DNA of 64,000 nt. Origin: an uncultured Armatimonadia bacterium. Lineage in GTDB: Bacteria; Armatimonadota; Zipacnadia; Zipacnadales; UBA11051. Made by a program: the position numbers and the translations under genes. Below are positions 27,901 to 35,912 of this stretch, piece after piece (position 1 is the first letter of the stretch; each line of letters starts with the position of its first letter). The DNA is taken from contig CAZJVY010000006.1 of the NCBI GenBank assembly GCA_964549395.1, positions 6,972-70,971 of the forward strand, given 5' to 3'. The notes beneath the pieces were generated by a model. It was not told where the DNA came from, made no database searches, and saw only the letters and a program-made list of their open reading frames with translations.

Positions 27901-29915
27901 TCGCTGGTTGCTCGGCTGCCTATGCAGTAGAGATGCTTCTCGCCCCGGATGTAGATCCTGCCGTCCACGTAGGCGGGCGTAGCGCGTATCGCCTCAGTGA
28001 TTTTGCCCGTAGAGACGGCCTTGAACTTGCGCGCGGCCTCGAAGATGTGCATGACCCCGCGCGTGTCGGCGATGTAAACATGCTCGCCCACCACGGTCGG
28101 AGACGACACCAAAGACGCCTTCAAGTCCTGCTGCCACAGCTTCTTGCCGTCCTTTGCGTCATAGCACGTAATCAGGCCGTAGCTGGCCGCCACAAACACC
28201 AGCTCACCGTTGCTGACCGGACTGGTGGTATCCGGCAGTCCCTCGCTGGCCGACCAGACTACCTCACCTTTGGTGCCCTTGCCCGGCGCCGGAGGGCGAA
28301 TGGCGAACAGGCCGGCACTCTCGCTACAGGCGAACACCAAGCCGCCCGCATAGCATGGCGTCGAAGCGATATCGCCGCTCAGACATTCGGCGCGCCAGAG
28401 CTCCTCGCCAGTGGCAGCATTGTAGGAGATGACCCAGGGGTCGGCGCTGGTGATGATCTCGTCGCGCTCGGCGGTGTTGACGACAATCGGGCTGGCCCAC
28501 GAGTTGGGGACCGGCCGCTTCGTCCGCCACACGGCCTTCCCATCGCCGGCATCGAGCGCAATCAGCGCCGACAGGCCATCTGCTGCGCTATATCCCTGAT
28601 CGAGCTGTATGATGACAATGTTGCGGTACGTCGCCAGCGAAGACGCATGACCGTACACGTTGTCCGGAGTGCCCAACGTCTTCGCCCACACCTGCTTGCC
28701 TTCCAGATCGAAAGCCGCCACGTCGCCGTTGGCGAATATCGCGAAGACTCGTTGCCCGTCGCACGCCATCGTAGGAGCGGCGAAGCCCGTATCTTCCGAG
28801 ACCTCGGGCGCCTCGTCGTTGGCACTCGCATCAATCAACACCTGGTGTTTCCAGGCCATTTCGCCCGTGTTTGCATCAATGCAGTACACGCCACGGCGCT
28901 TCTCATCGGCGCCGGTCACAAACACTTTCCCATCCCAGAAGGCGGGGGAGCTGTGGCCGGGCAGGGGTATGTCCGCCTTCCACAGCACCCCTTCGCTCTT
29001 GGCACCATCCCAGCGCGTCGGATACCCGCCCGCAGCGATGATGCCTGATGCGGACCCCCGAAATGACGGCCAGTTCCTGGCGCGTTCTTCTGCCGTCGGG
29101 TATGTCCCCTCCAGGTCCGCAGTGCCGCCGGCGGCAGGCGACTGGTCGCCCTTGGGCGGCTTATCCTTCTTCTCGGGCGCCGGCTTCTCGGCAGGTGGAC
29201 TAGGGGGCCCCGGCTCCCCGCGAGGGCCACGGGGACCCGAAATGCCTGCGGGCCCGGGAGGTCCTGGAGGACCCGGAACCGCAGCCGGCGGCGCAGCCTC
29301 GGGGGCCGGTGGTTGCTGCGTCTCTTCCTCAGGAGGCCTGGTGCCGTCGAGTGGCTTCTCACCCGTGTCGGATGCCGCCGCCAGACGTGCAGCCTTGACG
29401 TATTCCGAGGATGCATCATGCCGGGCGAGGACGGCTACAGTAAGAAGGACCCCCGCCATGACAATGCCCAGGATGGCAACCGACCGCCGTGCCAGAGCGG
29501 CCTCAACCCAGAACTCCCGAGCGCGCGAGGGCTGCGGCGCTGGGGCCTTGGCCCGGAATCGCGCAACCACGTGCAGGGATGCCAGCAACACGGCCAGACC
29601 TCCCAGCAGCAGATAGACGCCGGTGATGGCCCGTGCCCGGGTGGTGAAGTACGTGCTGCGTATGTATTCATCCAGTGCACGGATATGCTGCCTGAGCTGG
29701 TCGTTATCCGGCTGCCTGGCCAGCTCCGCCTTAAGCGCATCTATCCGCGCCGGCTGCAAGGGGTCGGCCGCCCGCCCCTGCGCCAGGTTTGCCACCAGCA
29801 AACCGAGCACCACCAGGCAGAAAACGAACGCCAGTGCCGCAGTTGCCAGCGCAGCCTGGTAGTAAAGGTTGTGGCGAGCGATTTCCTCGGCTTCCCCGAG
29901 CGGCTCTTCGCTCAT
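27897..29915 (-). CDS. membrane-anchored (3 TM) PQQ/BamB-like beta-propeller protein with collagen-like GXY linker
   Basis: Three N-terminal hydrophobic helices. GPPGPPGPAGISGPRGPRGEPGPP. NWPSFRGSASG then propeller blades. Confidence 0.65.
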   Translation of the reverse strand: MSEEPLGEAEEIARHNLYYQAALATAALAFVFCLVVLGLLVANLAQGRAADPLQPARIDALKAELARQPDNDQLRQHIRALDEYIRSTYFTTRARAITGVYLLLGGLAVLLASLHVVARFRAKAPAPQPSRAREFWVEAALARRSVAILGIVMAGVLLTVAVLARHDASSEYVKAARLAAASDTGEKPLDGTRPPEEETQQPPAPEAAPPAAVPGPPGPPGPAGISGPRGPRGEPGPPSPPAEKPAPEKKDKPPKGDQSPAAGGTADLEGTYPTAEERARNWPSFRGSASGIIAAGGYPTRWDGAKSEGVLWKADIPLPGHSSPAFWDGKVFVTGADEKRRGVYCIDANTGEMAWKHQVLIDASANDEAPEVSEDTGFAAPTMACDGQRVFAIFANGDVAAFDLEGKQVWAKTLGTPDNVYGHASSLATYRNIVIIQLDQGYSAADGLSALIALDAGDGKAVWRTKRPVPNSWASPIVVNTAERDEIITSADPWVISYNAATGEELWRAECLSGDIASTPCYAGGLVFACSESAGLFAIRPPAPGKGTKGEVVWSASEGLPDTTSPVSNGELVFVAASYGLITCYDAKDGKKLWQQDLKASLVSSPTVVGEHVYIADTRGVMHIFEAARKFKAVSTGKITEAIRATPAYVDGRIYIRGEKHLYCIGSRATSE
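29205..29276 (-). repeat. collagen-like Gly-X-Y triplet repeat (8 triplets) within CDS 27897-29915
   Basis: GPP GPP GPA GIS GPR GPR GEP GPP read directly from the translation (aa 214-237). Confidence 0.8.
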
Positions 29916-31207
29916 GGCGCCTCCTCCGTCAATCCCACGTCGGCCTCTTGACTCCCCGCACGCTCAACGGGACACGACGCATAACAGCGGGCGCAGGCAA
30001 CGCACGTCGCGGGATCGGCCTGGTACTCATCACGACGACGGCGGATTGATGCCCCAACCGTCTTCAGCCCGAGCACCAGCCCAATCCAGGCTCCCAGTAG
30101 CCAGGAGCCGGTGTTGAAACTGCCTCTGATTGCAGCAGCCTCCCGGTAGGCATCCATCGGCGGCGTCGCCTGAATGTGAAATGCCTCGGTGGCCTCCGTC
30201 TTGCCCTCCACAAGCCCCTGTTCCTCCAGCCACAGCCGGTCCGCCAGGCGCACGGCCGGATGAACCTGTGCCAGCAGGGGACTGCCCAGTCGCACCAGCC
30301 CCGCGCCCGCTGCAATGAGCACCGGCAGCAGTAGCAGTGCCGTCGCCAGGCGTGCCTTTGCCGGTTTTCGGTTCACGCTCTCCCCTTGCGGAGTGGGCGG
30401 CCTGATGGCTCCATAGGGGCACGCATCAGCGCACAGATGGCAGTTCACGCACTCAGCCGGGCTGATACTGGCTCGCCAGCGGGCAAGCGGCGACACGATC
30501 TGCAGCAGCGCTCCATAGGGGCACGCATACCGGCAGTACGGCCGCCCCACGACCGTGGCCAACAGCAGCACCGCGACCCCGACGATCAGCATTGCAGCGC
30601 TGCCGCCTAGCCGGAAGAACAGCACGAACGGGTCAAACTGGCAGATGATGAACGCACTGCCCGTCGCAGCGAAGAGCACCGCCGCACCCAGGTAGAGATA
30701 GGGCACGGTAGCCAGCGCGCTATCCAGCCAGCTCGGTACTCTCACAGGCCGGAAGAGCACTACTTCCTGGGCGGCCCCCAGCGGGCACACGGCGGCGCAG
30801 AACACCCGCCCGAAGAAGAGCGCGAACAGCAATGGCAAGAGAAAGAACACGCCCGCCGCCAGGGGCAGCACGTAATCGGCGTTCGAGAGCGCGAGAGACA
30901 CGTTCTGGATCGCGCCTATCGGGCATACGCAGCCGCGGCGGTAGAAGCCGAAGTACAACAGCGAAAACAGCACCAGCACGACCAGTTCGCGCCGCGAACG
31001 TCTTTTCAGAGACAGATAGGCCGCCAGCGCCAGCGCCACGAACAGCACCGCGACGTCCATGTATGACAGGATATCGGGGCGTGGCGACGGCGTGGTGACA
31101 TCGGGAAACCAGTAGCCCTTGCTGAATTCCGGCGGCGGGAATCTCTCAATGGCAAAAACCGCCACCGGAAGACAAAGCAGCAACAGCACCTGGCAGGCAG
31201 CTCTCAA
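29912..31207 (-). CDS. NapH/MauN-like integral-membrane polyferredoxin (4Fe-4S binding)
   Basis: Several TM helices with CX3CP motifs (FCAAVCP, YCRYACP) and two C-terminal CxxCxxCxxxCP ferredoxin motifs. Confidence 0.7.
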   Translation of the reverse strand: MRAACQVLLLLCLPVAVFAIERFPPPEFSKGYWFPDVTTPSPRPDILSYMDVAVLFVALALAAYLSLKRRSRRELVVLVLFSLLYFGFYRRGCVCPIGAIQNVSLALSNADYVLPLAAGVFFLLPLLFALFFGRVFCAAVCPLGAAQEVVLFRPVRVPSWLDSALATVPYLYLGAAVLFAATGSAFIICQFDPFVLFFRLGGSAAMLIVGVAVLLLATVVGRPYCRYACPYGALLQIVSPLARWRASISPAECVNCHLCADACPYGAIRPPTPQGESVNRKPAKARLATALLLLPVLIAAGAGLVRLGSPLLAQVHPAVRLADRLWLEEQGLVEGKTEATEAFHIQATPPMDAYREAAAIRGSFNTGSWLLGAWIGLVLGLKTVGASIRRRRDEYQADPATCVACARCYASCPVERAGSQEADVGLTEEAP

Positions 31208-31222
31208 TATCCGTCTCCCGGT

Positions 31223-31798
31223 CTATTCCTTGGTTCGCAGCAGATACGGCTTGTTTGCCGGCACGCGAACGATGGCATCCGATGGGCATACGTTCGCGAT
31301 GGCGCACTGATTGCAGTTGATGCAGCGGTCATGCCGAATCTGCAGGATGAGCGAGCCGTTCCCGTAATCCCGGCACCCCTTCACGCAGGCTCCGCAGCCG
31401 ATGCACTTGGACTCGTCTATCACGTACTGGTAATAGGGATCCTCAATGAAGCTGCGGCTGATCGCATTGGTGGGGCATCGCTGGTTCTCGGCGCCTTCGG
31501 TGTCATCCGCGCGCTTCTCGGCTAGATAGCCGAAGCAGAGGTCGCAGTACCCGCACATTGCGTACTCGTGCACGCACTTGACTGCCGAGGGGTTCAACAC
31601 ACATGCCGTGGCGCACTTCCCGCATTGCGTGCATTTGGCGGGGTCCACCTGCCACACGTACTCATTGGCGTTCCCCCGAGACACCAGCGCCCCGAGCAAC
31701 CCACCGGTGAACAGCAGACCGGCGCCTCGCGCGGCCTGGGTCAGGAACTCGCGCCGGGTCATCGTCTCGCGCTCGTCTGTGGAAGGCTCTAGGGACAT
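31223..31798 (-). CDS. Tat-exported NapG/MauM-like ferredoxin with four [4Fe-4S] motifs
   Basis: Twin-arginine motif TRREFL. CTQCGKCATAC, CGYCDLC...CP, CIGCGACVKGC, CINCNQCAIANVCP. Confidence 0.7.
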   Translation of the reverse strand: MSLEPSTDERETMTRREFLTQAARGAGLLFTGGLLGALVSRGNANEYVWQVDPAKCTQCGKCATACVLNPSAVKCVHEYAMCGYCDLCFGYLAEKRADDTEGAENQRCPTNAISRSFIEDPYYQYVIDESKCIGCGACVKGCRDYGNGSLILQIRHDRCINCNQCAIANVCPSDAIVRVPANKPYLLRTKE

Positions 31799-32019
31799 TG
31801 CTCTCCTTCGCTTGCGCCAGCCCGTTTCGCCGATAGTGCCTGCGGCAGATGGCAGGCCTCAAAAGCGCCACAACCCCGGCAGATGCCCTGGTTGATGCAT
31901 TCTTCGCTGTTGCGGGTCATCAGCGCGCCGACGCCGCCGCCCAACAGCAACGCAACGCCATACCTGCCGATATCGCGCAGGAATTCACGCCTGGTCATTC
32001 TGCCCGGCTTCTCCAGCAT
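31789..32019 (-). CDS. tiny Tat-signal Cys-rich periplasmic protein (mature part about 40 aa, 6 Cys)
   Basis: MTRREFL Tat motif then CINQGICRGCGAFEACH...EQCP. Overlaps the next gene start by 10 nt. Confidence 0.45.
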   Translation of the reverse strand: MLEKPGRMTRREFLRDIGRYGVALLLGGGVGALMTRNSEECINQGICRGCGAFEACHLPQALSAKRAGASEGEQCP

Positions 32020-32045
32020 CGCGACCTTTCTCCTGGGAACGCCTG

Positions 32046-33062
32046 CTACTTTCGGGCAAACACCTTCACGGTACCCGCCGCCGGGTCCATCACGTAAATG
32101 CGCCCCTCACCGTCCACGGCCAGATCCAGGCCCGCCGCTTTCGGCGAGAAATCGTCCGGCACGGCGACTACACTCTCGAGCGTGCCGTCGCGGTTATGTA
32201 CCTTCACGCGCGGCAGGCCCTTCTCGCTGGTGACTATCCTGCCGTCCGCCAAAACCGCGATATCAGTGGGGTTACAGCAGCCGCAGAAGCCGTCAATCTC
32301 CTGTGATGGCTTGCCCCATGTTGACTTGAGAGTCCCATCCGCCGCGTATGTCCCGACCGCGTGGCGGCCGGGATTGTTGACGATGAGCGTCTGCTCCGGC
32401 CCCAAGGCCACATCGAGATGCGGACTGGGCAGCAGCAGGCCCGGCACACCCTTGCCCTCATCCTTCTCGCCGATCCTGCCCAGCAAGTCGCCGGACTTGC
32501 TGTAGTGCAATACGACGCGGTTTCCGGCATCCCCGACCCAGACATCCTCACCTGAGACAACCAGGCTGGTCAGGTAGGCGTTCTCACCCGGCAGTGTCCA
32601 GCCGGCCTGCACATTGCCCTTGGTGTCGTATGCGACTATCCCCGTGCGCAGGCCGATCCACTCAGTCTCGTCTTCGCCCAGCGCAATTGCGTACGGCGGC
32701 TCAGGCAGTTGACGCTGATAGTTGCAGTGGCCCTGTGCATCGAACACGCGGAGGCCGCTGTCGCCGACCGCATAGAGACTTGCCGCCTCACCGAATGTCA
32801 CCGCGATCCCGCGCGGCTCGTCAAAGCCGGTCGCGATTTGGCTGACTTGCTGGTACTTGACGAGCGCCGGGTCAACCTGCCGCAGTGCGCTCATGTCATC
32901 ATTCGACTGCCGCACGGCGCTTTCGGTATGAGAGCGGATTTCGGAGCGGCTGAGTTCGTAGCAGCCACTGACGGCCACTAGCAGCGATAGAAGAGCGACA
33001 CGCCCAGGCTTCAGGGCCGGGCCGGACTTACTGGCGAGTTGTGAGCCGGTACGCCTGCTCAT
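32046..33062 (-). CDS. NHL-repeat (6-bladed beta-propeller) lipoprotein
   Basis: Lipobox LLVAVSGC. Repeated DG-x-x-Y/V-x-D blades with a CGCCNPTD motif. Confidence 0.5.
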   Translation of the reverse strand: MSRRTGSQLASKSGPALKPGRVALLSLLVAVSGCYELSRSEIRSHTESAVRQSNDDMSALRQVDPALVKYQQVSQIATGFDEPRGIAVTFGEAASLYAVGDSGLRVFDAQGHCNYQRQLPEPPYAIALGEDETEWIGLRTGIVAYDTKGNVQAGWTLPGENAYLTSLVVSGEDVWVGDAGNRVVLHYSKSGDLLGRIGEKDEGKGVPGLLLPSPHLDVALGPEQTLIVNNPGRHAVGTYAADGTLKSTWGKPSQEIDGFCGCCNPTDIAVLADGRIVTSEKGLPRVKVHNRDGTLESVVAVPDDFSPKAAGLDLAVDGEGRIYVMDPAAGTVKVFARK

Positions 33063-33063
33063 A

Positions 33064-34638
33064 TCAGGTTCCCGTCACGTCAACACAGACCATGCTGGTC
33101 AAATCGCGGGCCAGCAACCGGCCGCCAACGATGACCAGCGGGCCCCATGGCTCCGACCCGCTGAGTATCTTCGCCCTCCCGAGCTCCTTATACCCGCCCG
33201 GGCCGGCCTCCACCATCACCAGCTCGCCGGCGTCGCTCATCACGTAGATCTTGCCGTCGGCGATGATGTACGGATTGATGCCGAAACGAGCCGTGCCGCT
33301 TCGCCAGATCGTCTTGCCGCTCAGGTCAATGCAGGAGAGTTCCTTGCTGGGTATGACCCCGTAGATGTGGTCATTGTACAGGATCGGCGTTTGCTGGTGC
33401 GAGCCGAACACTTCAGCGGAAAGCCGCTGCGCGATGGATGCATTGGAGCCGCTGATGCGGATGAATGCCGCCCCCGCGCCGTAGCCGCCGCAGACGAAGA
33501 TGCGGCCGTCGCCGATCGGTACGGCTGACGGGACGTTGGCCGTCTTGACGGTCCACTCGCTGGTCTCCCATGCTAGCGAGCCGTCGCCTGCCGAGACCCC
33601 CACAACGCCGCCGCTGGCCGGATAGACGTACGTCTTCTTGCCGCCAAGGCTGATCGGTACAATCGAGGAATGGGTCATCTGCCAGCCGCGCGGATTGGGC
33701 GTTCGCCAGACTTCCTTGCCCGTCGCCAGGTCCACAGCGACCATCAGCGCGCTGCCGCCCGGCGCGAGAATGACCCGATTGCCGTCAATCAGCGGACACT
33801 GCCCGGCATACCAGGAGGGCACCTGGGCGCCGTACTGGCTGACCATGTCAATCTTCCACTGCACGCTGCCGCCGGCCGTGTCGCAGCACATCACGTGGCA
33901 TTTCGGCCCCAGGCTTACAACATACTTGCCGGTAACCGCAGGGACTGTGCGCGACATGCCATGGTTGCGCTTAACCTCAACCGGATACGACTGCGACCAG
34001 ATCTGTTTGCCGTCAGACAGGGACAGGCAGAGCAGTTCGTCGGCCCCGTTGGCGTGGTCGTAGTCCAGCAGATACACGCGTCCATCGAGCACCGCTGGTG
34101 CCGCATATCCCTCACCAAGCTGGCGCGACCACAGCTTGCGCGGCCGGCCTGCACCCCAGCTATCGGCCAGCGAGATGCGTTCTTTGCTTATGTTGTCGAA
34201 ATCGGCGCCCCTGAAGCGCAGCCAGGCACCAGTAGGAGCGCCGGCACCGGCGGAAGGCGTCGAACCTGCCGTCCCCGCCGCAGATGCCGCTGTGGTTGCC
34301 GCCGCACCCGCACCGGACACAGCAGGCCCCGACGTGGCGGTAGCGGGACCGGCAGCAGGTTGTGATGATGTCGCCTGTCCCGTGACTGCTGCGCGGTCTG
34401 GCAGCCGAGGCAGGACATCGCTTACCTGCGGGGCAGTCCTCAGCCACAACACAACGGCCGCTATCCCGATTGCGGCGACAACCGCCGGTATGCCGACCGT
34501 CACCAACAGATTCGCGCGTCTCCGCCCCTTCTTGCGCCGCACAGGCGCCAGGGATGCCGTATCTGCGGTCCGGCGGCTGCTGCCAAGACGTACAGATGAA
34601 GGTGTGCGACGACTCAACGACCCCGGCCGCTTCTCCAT
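33064..34638 (-). CDS. single-TM-anchored PQQ/BamB-like beta-propeller protein with Ala/Thr/Ser-rich linker
   Basis: TM helix LLVTVGIPAVVAAIGIAAVVLWL. Low-complexity linker. AWLRFRGADFDN then propeller blades. Confidence 0.65.
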   Translation of the reverse strand: MEKRPGSLSRRTPSSVRLGSSRRTADTASLAPVRRKKGRRRANLLVTVGIPAVVAAIGIAAVVLWLRTAPQVSDVLPRLPDRAAVTGQATSSQPAAGPATATSGPAVSGAGAAATTAASAAGTAGSTPSAGAGAPTGAWLRFRGADFDNISKERISLADSWGAGRPRKLWSRQLGEGYAAPAVLDGRVYLLDYDHANGADELLCLSLSDGKQIWSQSYPVEVKRNHGMSRTVPAVTGKYVVSLGPKCHVMCCDTAGGSVQWKIDMVSQYGAQVPSWYAGQCPLIDGNRVILAPGGSALMVAVDLATGKEVWRTPNPRGWQMTHSSIVPISLGGKKTYVYPASGGVVGVSAGDGSLAWETSEWTVKTANVPSAVPIGDGRIFVCGGYGAGAAFIRISGSNASIAQRLSAEVFGSHQQTPILYNDHIYGVIPSKELSCIDLSGKTIWRSGTARFGINPYIIADGKIYVMSDAGELVMVEAGPGGYKELGRAKILSGSEPWGPLVIVGGRLLARDLTSMVCVDVTGT

Positions 34639-34884
34639 TTGTGCCCCACAATGCAGGGCAGCCCCGTTGGCTGACTGCCCTCGAGTTGGCTACTGTGTAC
34701 AGATATGCTATGCAATGTCTGCCATGGTGTCAAGCTCAAGGCACCTTGGCGGCCCTTCAGTCGGAAGCTACCCTCCCCTCTTAGGCAAGAAGGTGCGCCA
34801 GATAGGTCTCTAAGGGGGGCCCACTGGGTCAAATGACGCCCCATTTACCGCCCAGGTTCACACCCTTAACGGCTCAAGACGGAT

Positions 34885-34902
34885 ATGTTTCACGTGAAAC
34901 AT
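34885..34902. promoter_or_regulatory. perfect 18-bp palindrome ATGTTTCACGTGAAACAT in a divergent intergenic region (candidate operator)
   Basis: The left half is the exact reverse complement of the right half. Sits in an AT-richer stretch and is followed by a TTGAC-like hexamer. Confidence 0.4.
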
Positions 34903-35057
34903 TTATTGACCGAACCGCTGCAAGCAGCCTATCAACCGCTCACAGAGGAAAGGCAGGCCCCAAAGGCGAAGAAATGCGCGAACGTAAGCGACGGAACACG
35001 GGGCGGTGGCGAAGTCTGAAGAATGCCTCAACGGATCGTTCGGAGAGCGAAGAACCC

Positions 35058-35912
35058 ATGTATGCGACAGTGGTAATCGCCCGCAGCAGCGCCGGCACCT
35101 CCGAGCGCGCTGCCATCGAGGAGGAACTGGGCGGTCTGTGTGTCGCTCGCGGCCTCGACACGGTGCTGGTGCCGGACCTCTACCACGTGGCCGACCGGAG
35201 CCACATCTGGGAGGTGCTTGCAGCGCTACCCGGGCCGATTGTGGTTTTTGGCCGGCTGTATCCGCGCCCCCTGGAGTGGCTGCTGCGGTCTCACGGTGTC
35301 GGAGAGGACGGCCTGCGTGCATTTGACCTGGGGGCCTATGAGGATGCCCGTAGTGCCCTGAGGGCGGCTTTGCCGGGACAGCCGCAGGAGCCCGGTATCG
35401 CACCGGGCCGCCTTCAGGAGCTGCAGGAAGCTGTTGCGCCGCGCTGGTACCCGCTGGTGGATCGGTCGCGCTGCACCAACTGCCGGCACTGCCTCCAGTT
35501 CTGCATCTTCGGCGTCTATGAGCTTGATGAGGCGGGCCATGTCACGACGAAGAGCCCCGACAACTGCAAGCCGGGCTGTCCGGCGTGCGCTCGCGTTTGC
35601 CCCAACTCGGCGATCATGTTCCCCCTGCACGCGGATGACGAGGCAATCGCCGGCGCTCCTGGCAAGTTCGTAACCATGGACGCAGCGGCCCGCCGCATGT
35701 ACTACCTGCGCACCGGCGCGCGGTGCCCGAAGTGCGGCCTGGACGCAGCAGCGCCTCCAGCGGCGGGACGGGGAGGCGAGAAGTGCGCCGAATGCGGGCG
35801 GCGTCTGCCAGATTCCCACGCGACACCGGCGGAAGCGCCGCGTTCCGAGGTTCTGGACGAGATTGATGCTCTCATCAACGAGCTCGACAATCTCGCCCAT
35901 GGGAGTCAGTAG
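35058..35912 (+). CDS. 4Fe-4S dicluster ferredoxin-domain protein with C-terminal CxxC...CxxC ribbon
   Basis: CTNCRHCLQFC and CKPGCPACARVCP, then CPKCG...CAECG. Start at ATG 35058 with a GGAGAG RBS. Upstream ORF extension is Arg-rich low complexity. Confidence 0.5.
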   Translation: MYATVVIARSSAGTSERAAIEEELGGLCVARGLDTVLVPDLYHVADRSHIWEVLAALPGPIVVFGRLYPRPLEWLLRSHGVGEDGLRAFDLGAYEDARSALRAALPGQPQEPGIAPGRLQELQEAVAPRWYPLVDRSRCTNCRHCLQFCIFGVYELDEAGHVTTKSPDNCKPGCPACARVCPNSAIMFPLHADDEAIAGAPGKFVTMDAAARRMYYLRTGARCPKCGLDAAAPPAAGRGGEKCAECGRRLPDSHATPAEAPRSEVLDEIDALINELDNLAHGSQ

